This document shows positions 10,851 through 19,783 of a stretch of DNA of 64,000 bases, one piece after another. A program made the translations under genes and the position numbers. The stretch lies in assembly GCA_963666285.1 (NCBI GenBank), contig OY762711.1; one strand, written 5' to 3'. Within the stretch, counting starts at the first letter, position 1. Each line of letters starts with the position of its first letter. Origin of the DNA: Sedimentisphaerales bacterium (lineage in GTDB: Bacteria > Planctomycetota > Phycisphaerae > Sedimentisphaerales > SM23-30). Below the pieces are notes generated by a model. It saw nothing but the letters and a program-made list of their open reading frames with translations. It did no database searches and was not told the DNA's origin.

Positions 10851-11864
10851 ATGAATAAAAGTGATAAATACATGAATTATTCCCTGGTTCAGGAAATGAT
10901 GGACACTCCCGACGTATTAAGAAATTTCAGTTTGGGAAACTGCCAGGAATTAATCGAAGAAATCAAGGCTGCGGGTAAACTTTTTTTAACAGGTGAAGGT
11001 TCCAGTAGAATATTCCCGGCAAAAAATATTATCTATTCTGCTTTATGCGAAGGGATAGGGTTAGATATTAAAACAGATGGCGGTCGGCAGGCAGCAGAAT
11101 ACAATCTTTCAGATTATGTGATATTTGGCGCATCTAACAGCGGTTCTACCAAAGAAGTAATTGCATTGCTCAATAACTTAAAAGGCAGTCATCAGAACCT
11201 TTACGGACTTACAGCTCGTAAAAACACAAAACTTGCTGAAATGACAAATAAAACATACACATTAAGTTGTGGCTGGGAACAAGCGGTAGCGGCAACCAAA
11301 AGTGTTGCCGAGCAAGCTCTGTTTTACCAGGAACTGCTGGCCCAAGTAACGGGAAAAACTCTTAAGGACCAATTTGGCGTGTTGGCTGATGCCGTTGCTG
11401 ATGCTCTAACCGTAGAGATTTCACCTGAAATAACAAAAACCATATCCGAGGCCGGTACAATTTACTTCGCAGGCCGTAACGATGGTGTCGCGGAAGAGTT
11501 AACCCTCAAAACAAATGAAATTACACGAAAGAAAAGTGACTTCCTGGAAGGAACCTATGCCGTACACGGAATTGAAGAAGTAATGGACTCCAAGGATGTA
11601 GTTATACTGATCAACCCATTTGAAGCAGAACTGGAAAAAATCAAGGAAACTCTCGTAGATGGTGTAGGTTTGACAGTAATTGCAGTAAGCAGCAAAGAGA
11701 CAATATTCCCAACTATTATTGTTAAAGACCCGGGAATGCTGAAAAATTATGTTTACCTAGCGGCAGGATGGAATATTCTGGTGGAAGTAGGAATCTATCT
11801 AAATATAAATCTTGACAAAGCAGAACGAGCTCGCAAAGTAGGTAATGAATTTGTAGAACTATAA
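10851..11864 (+). CDS. Two-SIS-domain sugar-phosphate isomerase/deaminase (GlmS C-terminal/NagB-II/AgaS-like)
   Basis: GEGSS, ASNSGSTKE, EQAVAATKS, LKTNE...HG; no N-terminal glutaminase domain. Confidence 0.8.
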   Translation: MNKSDKYMNYSLVQEMMDTPDVLRNFSLGNCQELIEEIKAAGKLFLTGEGSSRIFPAKNIIYSALCEGIGLDIKTDGGRQAAEYNLSDYVIFGASNSGSTKEVIALLNNLKGSHQNLYGLTARKNTKLAEMTNKTYTLSCGWEQAVAATKSVAEQALFYQELLAQVTGKTLKDQFGVLADAVADALTVEISPEITKTISEAGTIYFAGRNDGVAEELTLKTNEITRKKSDFLEGTYAVHGIEEVMDSKDVVILINPFEAELEKIKETLVDGVGLTVIAVSSKETIFPTIIVKDPGMLKNYVYLAAGWNILVEVGIYLNINLDKAERARKVGNEFVEL

Positions 11865-11926
11865 AGCCATTCTATAAAACAACAACCATATATCCTTTTT
11901 TCTTTAATTGCACTAAAACCTTTTTT

Positions 11927-11973
11927 AAAAGAACTCATTGTGAATATATTACTTCAGAATGAGTTCTTTTTTT
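11927..11973. terminator. Probable bidirectional intrinsic terminator between convergent operons
   Basis: AAAAGAACTCATT...AATGAGTTCTTTTTTT inverted repeat with A/T tails. Confidence 0.75.
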
Positions 11974-12069
11974 AGACTTTTTCGTCGGCTAATCCCCTTA
12001 TTCCCTGAATACATGATTTATAGTTTCAACAAATATTATAGGCTAAATTGCAAACATTATGGTATTTTG

Positions 12070-13869
12070 TCATAGAGAAAGAATGTATTCGGCCAGGTCT
12101 TTGATTTCCTGGTCAGTTAGATTTTTCGTATTTCCGTGCTTGTTATTTTTATTGTCATTAGTAATTACATCTTCTATTGACTCTGCACGACCATCATACA
12201 TGTAAGGAGCGGTTCGCCAGCACTCGATAAGAATCGGAGTTGCAAATTCACGATCTCGATCATTATCTGAACCAAGGCCTAAAACGTGTTTTGAACGGTC
12301 ACCATAATACGGCGGTACATGACATTTTGCGCAATTTGCCTTACCGAAAAATATTTCTTTACCTCGTAAAGCCGAACCTGTTAAATTACCGTTTATATCC
12401 AGATAAGGGCTTGGTATCGGTTCAAGTGATTTCAGATACTCATTTACTGCTGCTTCATGCTGAGGTGTTGCCTGGTGAAACTGTATATGTGAGAAGCCTT
12501 TAGAGACGGCAATTTCCGCCGAAGCTCTGGCACCGGTAATCATTACCGGTGAGGTTCTATGGGTATAGAGCAGACTCCTTGACTGTTTGGGATTGCCGAT
12601 ACCATCATTTAACAGGTCCCAGTTTGTGCCGTCAGATCTGCTGTCAGGGTGACAGCTGGCACAACTCTGCCAATCCTGATAACAGAATGTTGCATCATTA
12701 AATGCCATCTCTCCTTGCCTGACAAGACCTGGTGCGATGTTTTCCTGCATAGGCAATGCAACTGCGGCCCCTGGTCCATCATCCCAGATTTCGAGCATGT
12801 TAACACAATCGGAAAAATACATCGGAATGTAAATATAATCATTTTTTACTGCAATAGAACGTGCTCCCTGCCCTTCAAGCTTAATCCTGGTTTTTGCTCC
12901 ATAGAGAAACGACAGGTCATTAACAATTTCTTTAGGATCGTCTGCATTACTAATCCGTTTAAACATCTCTTTGATATCAATACAGATAATCTCATGGGTA
13001 CCGGAAGCATTAACACATAACCATTTGTCATCATTTGTTACAGCAATTCCCCAGGGATTGGCAGCCCCCCGCATTATATCATCAAGGAGTACTGAGTTAA
13101 TATACTTCTGCTCAGCCATATCAAAAATAGATACCGCACTGGTATTAATCCAACCGCGGTCCAGATGAGTGGTCGGTACTGTAAAACGCCCAATGGTATG
13201 GGTAACAAACAAATATTTACCATTGTTACTTATGGCAGAACCTCGTATAGCAAATGAGCCTGAAGGCATATCGAGCGTGGCTACAGGTTCAAGGTCGCTA
13301 CTCCTGTAAATATTCAAAGAGGTAAAGACTTTTTCGAGATTAGCAGGCATTAGAGGAAGATGGTTTACTACCCAAAGATAATTGCCATCTTTTGAAAGAT
13401 TCATGGTTACAGGTTCTCGAATAGCCTTGGTTGAAGCTGCAATTTTCCATGATTCGATATCCAGGGAATACACATCCGGCTGATCTTTTCTGGAAAATCG
13501 ATTACAGAAAAAAACGGTTTTACCATCAGGACTTAATATGGGGTTCATCGGTGTGTGGCCGACAGACAAGCTTCGGAGTAATTCACCCGTTTTAGCGTCA
13601 ACCTCATGAATCTTACCGTCAAATCCGCCACATGCGGCATAAATCCTGTCATTATCAGCAGAAAGTACTATTTGCCTGACACCTTTAACATTAAAACGAG
13701 CGGCTATTGTTTCTTTGGCAACATCAAGAACCTGCACACTGTCATCGGTTTCACAGGCAAGGTATAATAATGTCCCATCTCTGGATATTGCAATATCAGA
13801 AGGTGAAAGATATCTTTGCTCTCCAATTAACGCAGAACAAAGACACAATAAAATAATAACAAATCGCAT
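12070..13869 (-). CDS. Secreted YVTN-type beta-propeller fused to a diheme cytochrome c (CCP/MauG-like) domain; HzsB-HzsC-like architecture
   Basis: Signal peptide; propeller repeats (LSPDGKTVF, LSKDGNYLWV, ISNNGKYLFV); CxxCH motifs CASCH and CAKCH; TAPYMYDG peroxidase-family motif. Confidence 0.8.
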   Translation of the reverse strand: MRFVIILLCLCSALIGEQRYLSPSDIAISRDGTLLYLACETDDSVQVLDVAKETIAARFNVKGVRQIVLSADNDRIYAACGGFDGKIHEVDAKTGELLRSLSVGHTPMNPILSPDGKTVFFCNRFSRKDQPDVYSLDIESWKIAASTKAIREPVTMNLSKDGNYLWVVNHLPLMPANLEKVFTSLNIYRSSDLEPVATLDMPSGSFAIRGSAISNNGKYLFVTHTIGRFTVPTTHLDRGWINTSAVSIFDMAEQKYINSVLLDDIMRGAANPWGIAVTNDDKWLCVNASGTHEIICIDIKEMFKRISNADDPKEIVNDLSFLYGAKTRIKLEGQGARSIAVKNDYIYIPMYFSDCVNMLEIWDDGPGAAVALPMQENIAPGLVRQGEMAFNDATFCYQDWQSCASCHPDSRSDGTNWDLLNDGIGNPKQSRSLLYTHRTSPVMITGARASAEIAVSKGFSHIQFHQATPQHEAAVNEYLKSLEPIPSPYLDINGNLTGSALRGKEIFFGKANCAKCHVPPYYGDRSKHVLGLGSDNDRDREFATPILIECWRTAPYMYDGRAESIEDVITNDNKNNKHGNTKNLTDQEIKDLAEYILSL

Positions 13870-16800
13870 TACAAGTCCTCAACAACTATACGGAAACCAA
13901 CATTGAAAACCGGCTGCCATGGCGAATAATTCAAACGATAACTTGATGTTGCCCGGTACGGCCTATCTAAAAATGACCCGCCCCTGACAACCTTTTCTGT
14001 TTTACTGTCCATAGAGTTACTGCGATCATTATTATAAGGATAGCTTACATAATCACTGCGAGTCCATTCGGCAACATTCCCATGCATGTCATATACACCC
14101 CAGGTATTAGGCTGATACTGCCTGGTTCCTGAGACAAGAAACTGTTTATCATCATATTTAGAAACCCTTGGTAAGAAATCAAAGATCGGATTTCCAACCA
14201 GACTGTTATTAAAAGTTGGGTTTACACCAATAACAGCAAATTTTTCTATTGATTTATCTGCCAGATTAGCATAGTTGCTGAAATCAGACTCTATCGATCC
14301 ATAAGCCATCGCTTTTTCACTTCCAGCCCTGCAAGCCCATTCCCATTGAGCTTCTGTAGGCAAAGCGACCCTGGCTCCGGCCTTTTGCGATATCCATTTA
14401 CAGAAGTCATTTGCCTGGATCCAACTCACTCGTACTACCGGCTGCTCATCATAGCCGGCATAGTAGCCAAGACGAACATGGTCTTTCCATTGCTGGTCAA
14501 ATACACTGGCATCGTGTTTAGGATTAAAAGTGAAAAATAATTTATTTGTTATCTCGCATTCAGATATCCAGAAGCCTTTTTCAATCTTAACCTGATGGCG
14601 AGGCTGTTCCCGGGGTGTTTCCCGGTCACTTCCCATAATAAATTCACCGGCAGGTATGCGTACCATCACAATCTTAAGTCCGTCGCCAATATCCATTTCC
14701 TTTTTCATCTGCGACCCTGCATCCTGCTGCATTTGTCTGGCCATTTCCGCATCAAAAGGCCAGTTTTGAGCGGACACCCGGACTGGTTCGCTCTTTTCCA
14801 AACCTTTGGTTTCATTTACCGAAACCGGATATGGTGATGACGGGGTATATTCCCAGTCAGAATCAACAAGTGCATATTTTAATCGTAAATCTGAAGCTAT
14901 CTCAGAAATACTTTCAGTATAATCTTTTCGCCCTTTGTTACTACTATATGCATCTATCCAGCTTCCATAATAAGGCACATTCAGATCTACCCAGGTGTAA
15001 AGTCTTTGCCATGATTCTTCATCCAGGTTTACACCATAATGTCCTTTTTTAAGTAACTGAATTCCTTCAGAAGTAGAAACGTGATACTCATAAGGGACCG
15101 CCATTAAACCATTACTTTCCGGCCCCGGACGACGGAAATATTTATGGAAAGCAAAATATGAGTTGCTGAAATTCCTGCTGAAAGAACCTGGATTTTCAAC
15201 TTTTGTATCTTTAAAGTCAGGTTTCCCGGCATCTGTGCCATCATGACAACGAATACAATATGCATTCAGGACTGGCTGAATTTCTGCATTAAATGAGAAA
15301 CCTTCGACACGTTCACGATATGGTATAATCTGTTGCGGTTCTTTTAGGGAAGCAATAGTTTTGCTGGTAACAGGAGGTTCACTCGGTGATTCATGACAGC
15401 CTATACAAGAAAGCTTTTCACCCGGCATTCCTACCAGCCAGCTTCGGAAAAGCTGTATGGCACGGCCTTCTTTATCCAATGGCTGTAAAGAAATAGTAGT
15501 GTTTGCAGGTACATTAAACATAACCGAACCGTCTTGTTCTACTTTTACCGTACCCAGCATACGTTTAACATCCCATCCGCTTTCAACGCCAATATGATGG
15601 TGATTCCCCAAACGGAAATACCCGTACGCATATGTAAAGACACGAATACGATCAACTGTTCCTTCAGGAACACCTTTTAAGCCAGGACCTCTGTAAATAT
15701 TCTGGATATAGCAGGTCGCTTCTTTGTTATGCAGGTTTACGCGATCAGGAATAATTGGTGGACGCTGACGTTTCCTTACCGGATATGGCTCAACCATATA
15801 TTTATAACCGGAAGCTTCATTTGTTCGGATCGGTACAAAATTATCAAATTTATCTACCAGGTATAGTCCCCAATCGCTATCTGCTGTCAATTGGGCAACC
15901 GTCAAATAATACTCGGCACTAACAGGATAAGGCTGGAAGAATTGTGGATAAATACCATCAACCAGCCTGTCAAGATCAAGAGCCATCTCATCAGGATAAT
16001 AATCACGAAGTCTTGGGTAGCATTTATTAAAGAAATCATTGTTTAATTCGTGATAATCTTTTCCGGCATTAGCTGAATCCGGCATATATTTATCTATCAG
16101 ATCAGTCACAACGTTTTGAAGGTCGGGAAATTTTTCTAATAGCTCTTTCTTTACTGTCGGATATAGCTGATCAACCGTTACATGGGTAACGTCCTTACCA
16201 TAACCTGGAATATACTGAACTACACCATCTGCATGGGCATAACCTTTATTGGTATCAAAAATAGTAAGCTTTCCGGTTCCGGCAACTCCATGATGACCGG
16301 AAACAACTGCCGAGAACTTACCCGGCTCACCAGGCAACGGGCGGGCATTAAACATTGAGTTTGGCCATAAACTCTGTGACCCGTAAATTGAACGCTGGTT
16401 GGTGCCATCCGGATTCATTGTCATCATTATTCTTGAGTAATAATGCATAATGTCGGTATACTCCCAACGAAGATACATTATCTTTCCGTCTCCGGTAACG
16501 GTAGGATACCAGTCTGCATCCTGCTCAAAAGTAAGCTGTCGAGTATTTTGGCCGTCAGGATCCATTAAATATAGATTTGGAACTAATTTGTCACCACCAA
16601 TACAAGGCACTCCTATCATCGGTGCAGTAGAACTGAAAACAATTTTTTCACTCGGCAGATAAACTCCGCCATAGTTATGGACATTATCTCCTTCTATGGT
16701 GGAAACCCGGCGTAAATTAGAACCGTCAATGCCAACCTCCATAACCTGATACTTATTACTTGAATCAGGTTGAGAGAACAGAAGTTTTTCAGTATCGTAA

Positions 16801-17765
16801 TGCAGGTCAAGTTCACAAACCAGAGCTTTGTCAGCAGGCGTGTAAACGTCTGTAACCTGGCCTGTATTCAGATTTAACCTGGCTATCTTATTATTATACC
16901 CTTTGTGGTTAATTACATAGGTGCCTAACCAATTTGCTTTTCTGACGACAGTATCTGTCTGCACCATCAATATCTCGTCGAAATCCAGATAAGGATTTTC
17001 CTTCACCAGAGCAGTGTACTTCAGCTTATCATATTCTTCAATAGCTTTAGCGGCTTCAGGATCATTGTTTTTCAGTTTTGTTATTATTTCAGGCATATCA
17101 GCTTTAATTTTTTCAGCTTGTTTAAGAAAAAGACGCCCGTTTTTATATTCCCTGGGTTTATTTTTAAGGATATGCTTAATAGAGTGTATCAGTGAATCAG
17201 GATTAGATAGTTCAAGTAATGCTTTCAATTCACTATTACTTGCCATTTTAGCTATTTGAATTCTTTGTTCCGATATGGGCAGCTTCTTATCACCTGGAGA
17301 ACATACGGTACCAAGCTCCGAAATCTCACCCTGAGGATTTTTCACCGCCGCCCTGAGATAATTATCACCGATAAAATTGAAATACAGCAAATTTATCTGA
17401 TGTTTTCCCGGCTTTAATGAAACTGTTTTTGATTTTGCCGTTTTAGCACGCTTACCATCATTATTAATGATTTCCTGGTTATCCAGAAAAAGAACACTCC
17501 CATCATCTGAAGTTATTGAAAATTCGTAATTCCCTTCATGTGAAACATCCATAATGCCAGAAAACTCAATATTCCAGAAACTGCCATATTTTTTATCTCC
17601 CATTGAAGTAATTTCTGACACATTGCCATGTTCAACCATTTTACCTTTGCCAATAAATACAAAGGTATCGATTTGACCATCATATGCAAAGTAGGAGATT
17701 TCGGCATTAACAGCTGAACTGAGAATACAAATACATAAGAACCAAAAATACATTTTTTTCAACAT
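13869..17765 (-). CDS. Secreted PA14 + hydrazine synthase alpha-like (propeller, middle domain, 2 CxxCH) + SUMF1/FGE-sulfatase-fold fusion protein
   Basis: Start re-called to MLKK (17765) from the signal peptide. PA14 (SDDGS); YLRWEY...MNPDG; LGTVKVEQDGSVMFNVPA...PGEKLSCIGCHE; IQPVLNAYCIRCH; C-terminal LPTEAQWEWACRAG, PNTWGVYDMHGNVAEW, RGGSF. Stop overlaps the next ATG (TAATG). Confidence 0.8.
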   Translation of the reverse strand: MLKKMYFWFLCICILSSAVNAEISYFAYDGQIDTFVFIGKGKMVEHGNVSEITSMGDKKYGSFWNIEFSGIMDVSHEGNYEFSITSDDGSVLFLDNQEIINNDGKRAKTAKSKTVSLKPGKHQINLLYFNFIGDNYLRAAVKNPQGEISELGTVCSPGDKKLPISEQRIQIAKMASNSELKALLELSNPDSLIHSIKHILKNKPREYKNGRLFLKQAEKIKADMPEIITKLKNNDPEAAKAIEEYDKLKYTALVKENPYLDFDEILMVQTDTVVRKANWLGTYVINHKGYNNKIARLNLNTGQVTDVYTPADKALVCELDLHYDTEKLLFSQPDSSNKYQVMEVGIDGSNLRRVSTIEGDNVHNYGGVYLPSEKIVFSSTAPMIGVPCIGGDKLVPNLYLMDPDGQNTRQLTFEQDADWYPTVTGDGKIMYLRWEYTDIMHYYSRIMMTMNPDGTNQRSIYGSQSLWPNSMFNARPLPGEPGKFSAVVSGHHGVAGTGKLTIFDTNKGYAHADGVVQYIPGYGKDVTHVTVDQLYPTVKKELLEKFPDLQNVVTDLIDKYMPDSANAGKDYHELNNDFFNKCYPRLRDYYPDEMALDLDRLVDGIYPQFFQPYPVSAEYYLTVAQLTADSDWGLYLVDKFDNFVPIRTNEASGYKYMVEPYPVRKRQRPPIIPDRVNLHNKEATCYIQNIYRGPGLKGVPEGTVDRIRVFTYAYGYFRLGNHHHIGVESGWDVKRMLGTVKVEQDGSVMFNVPANTTISLQPLDKEGRAIQLFRSWLVGMPGEKLSCIGCHESPSEPPVTSKTIASLKEPQQIIPYRERVEGFSFNAEIQPVLNAYCIRCHDGTDAGKPDFKDTKVENPGSFSRNFSNSYFAFHKYFRRPGPESNGLMAVPYEYHVSTSEGIQLLKKGHYGVNLDEESWQRLYTWVDLNVPYYGSWIDAYSSNKGRKDYTESISEIASDLRLKYALVDSDWEYTPSSPYPVSVNETKGLEKSEPVRVSAQNWPFDAEMARQMQQDAGSQMKKEMDIGDGLKIVMVRIPAGEFIMGSDRETPREQPRHQVKIEKGFWISECEITNKLFFTFNPKHDASVFDQQWKDHVRLGYYAGYDEQPVVRVSWIQANDFCKWISQKAGARVALPTEAQWEWACRAGSEKAMAYGSIESDFSNYANLADKSIEKFAVIGVNPTFNNSLVGNPIFDFLPRVSKYDDKQFLVSGTRQYQPNTWGVYDMHGNVAEWTRSDYVSYPYNNDRSNSMDSKTEKVVRGGSFLDRPYRATSSYRLNYSPWQPVFNVGFRIVVEDL

Positions 17766-17865
17766 ACTAATTTCCATTATGTAAACATAAATACATGTAA
17801 TTTCAGACAAATTATCGTTAAGAACCATATTCATGTATTATATGACAGGCTCTTAATATTATTAT

Positions 17866-18450
17866 TTAGAATACAATACCCGGAGTTGAGAAAACCAACC
17901 CGTCATTATCGTGGAAAGTGCCATATTCCGTAACGATAGCCCCTTTTGGTCCACCCATCATCCAGTGCATTGAACCTGCCTCTTTAAGCTGACCAACTTC
18001 ACCAGGTTTCAGATCCGTTTTAGTTTTAGCAATCCAATATTGTTTTTCCACCTGGGGAATATCATCTTCAGCACCCGGAGTTGGAATACCCTCACTATAA
18101 AGAGACACAGAACCGTATCGACACTGCCAGGCTTCCATCTTGGCACATACACTATCTGTCTGATTATGCCCGTGCTCAGGAATACGCTGTCCCGGCAAAA
18201 GATATATTTCATGCCCGAGATAGCCATCTGCACTGTTAACCCAGAAAATACCAGCCATACCAACTTCTGTGAATCGACCAAGACCGAAATCAATTGCCCA
18301 GAACTCTTCGCCCTTAAGACGATCAACTATGGGATACCCATGGTATTTCATTAGTTCGTGATAAGCTTGTATTGCTTTTTCCTGGTTGAAAACACCATCG
18401 GCATTATAGTATTCTTTATTTTCGTAGTGAAACAATTTGCTATTTGACAT
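17866..18450 (-). CDS. Cupin-fold D-lyxose/D-mannose-type sugar isomerase
   Basis: DFGLG, LLPGQRIPEHGH...KME, HWM...AIVTEYGTFHD metal motifs. Confidence 0.75.
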   Translation of the reverse strand: MSNSKLFHYENKEYYNADGVFNQEKAIQAYHELMKYHGYPIVDRLKGEEFWAIDFGLGRFTEVGMAGIFWVNSADGYLGHEIYLLPGQRIPEHGHNQTDSVCAKMEAWQCRYGSVSLYSEGIPTPGAEDDIPQVEKQYWIAKTKTDLKPGEVGQLKEAGSMHWMMGGPKGAIVTEYGTFHDNDGLVFSTPGIVF

Positions 18451-18492
18451 AAGATATCCTTCTTAAACTTACTTACTTTCCTGCAAAAAATA

Positions 18493-19278
18493 TTATATTA
18501 AACGTTGGGAAATCATATCTGCATACTCTTTAATCCGCTTCCCAAAAGATTCAAATTCACTCTCAGAAAGTCTTTCTCCCGGACCTGTTGTCCATATCGC
18601 TGCAATTGGATATTTTCGCCGGTCAAAAACAGGAGCGGCAATACAATGAACACCATCAAGCTGTTCGCCCCGATCTATTGCATAACCCGTAATACGAATC
18701 TCTTCGATTGCTTTTCGATATTCTTCATTATTTCTTATTGTACGACTGCTGTAGACCTTATATTCGATCCTGTCCAACAAACCGTCACGTTCTATTTCAG
18801 GAAGGTATGCAATTATCGCTTTGGCCGGAGCTGAAGCATGAAGTGGCAACCGAGCACCTATATCAAGCATGAACTTAAAAGGATAAACACCGGCAGCCTG
18901 CTCCATAACGACAAATTCATTTTGGGCAATTGTACCTATAAGAACGGTTTCTTTGATTGAATCCCGCAATTGACACATCAAATCAAATGACTTTTCGATA
19001 AGGCTATGCTCAGTAACAGCCAAAATACCAATCAACAGCAATTTCCTTGATATAAAGAAATTCTTTGAAACTTCATCTCGAAACAAATAGCCGGCATCTA
19101 ATAAAGTTTCTGTAATGCGAAAAATACTGTTTTTGGGATATTTCAACTCTGCAACAATCTCTGAAAGAGTCATCCCATCATGATTTTCCGCTAATAGTTC
19201 AATTACCTGCAGCCCCCTCTTTAAGCCGGGAACAAGATAATCGCTATCTCCTGCTTTTTTCCTGTTATCAGTATTCAT
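18493..19278 (-). CDS. IclR-family transcriptional regulator
   Basis: VPGLKRGLQVIELL HTH; PLHASAPAKA; GYAID...GVHCIAAPV. Start set at ATG 19278 (the track uses an upstream TTG). Confidence 0.9.
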   Translation of the reverse strand: MNTDNRKKAGDSDYLVPGLKRGLQVIELLAENHDGMTLSEIVAELKYPKNSIFRITETLLDAGYLFRDEVSKNFFISRKLLLIGILAVTEHSLIEKSFDLMCQLRDSIKETVLIGTIAQNEFVVMEQAAGVYPFKFMLDIGARLPLHASAPAKAIIAYLPEIERDGLLDRIEYKVYSSRTIRNNEEYRKAIEEIRITGYAIDRGEQLDGVHCIAAPVFDRRKYPIAAIWTTGPGERLSESEFESFGKRIKEYADMISQRLI

Positions 19279-19381
19279 AATAATGAACCATTTGTTCAAC
19301 AGACTAATGGTAAGCTCATGCCGAAACCAGTTATATATGTACTTCGAGAAAATTTAACAAAATACCGTTAAAACTCCTCTG

Positions 19382-19407
19382 GTTTTATATATAAAACACT
19401 GTTTTAT
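19382..19407. promoter_or_regulatory. Overlapping palindromes, candidate IclR/KdgR-type operator
   Basis: GTTTTATATATAAAAC (19382-19397) and ATAAAACA-C-TGTTTTAT (19391-19407), about 100 bp upstream of the iclR-like gene. Confidence 0.55.
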
Positions 19408-19783
19408 TTTTAGATTTTAACAGATTTCAACTTACTCATCAAGTCTAAATAAACAAACTGGCTCATAAGCCAACATCAAAACTGCTCAAAAGGCGAATTT
19501 CGGAGAAACAGGCCTCTGCCGCATAATTGAAACACTTTGTCCAAAACCGGTCTTTAATGACAAATCTCATCATTAAATATACCACTAAATTCTTACCTAT
19601 CAGACATTTACACCAAATACTTAAGCTGACCAGACTACCAGCCTTGAGTATTGGGATCTTATATATCTTAAAACTCTATTAATAAGTAATCTAAATGAAT
19701 TTACGCGTTAAGGGCGGGTTTTCACATTGTTTTCTGGTAAAAAAAATGATTTCATAATTGATATATTTTATTGGCTCACACTA

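Noticed and set aside
13869..14700. C-terminal domain as the formylglycine-generating enzyme for the nearby sulfatases
   Set aside because: The catalytic cysteine pair after RGGS is absent (RGGSFLDRPYRATSS), so it is the FGE fold only.
12070..17765. Reading the locus as true anammox hydrazine synthase
   Set aside because: Extra PA14 and FGE-fold domains, sugar-catabolic neighbours and no hao/hdh-type genes in the window; only architectural similarity is supported.
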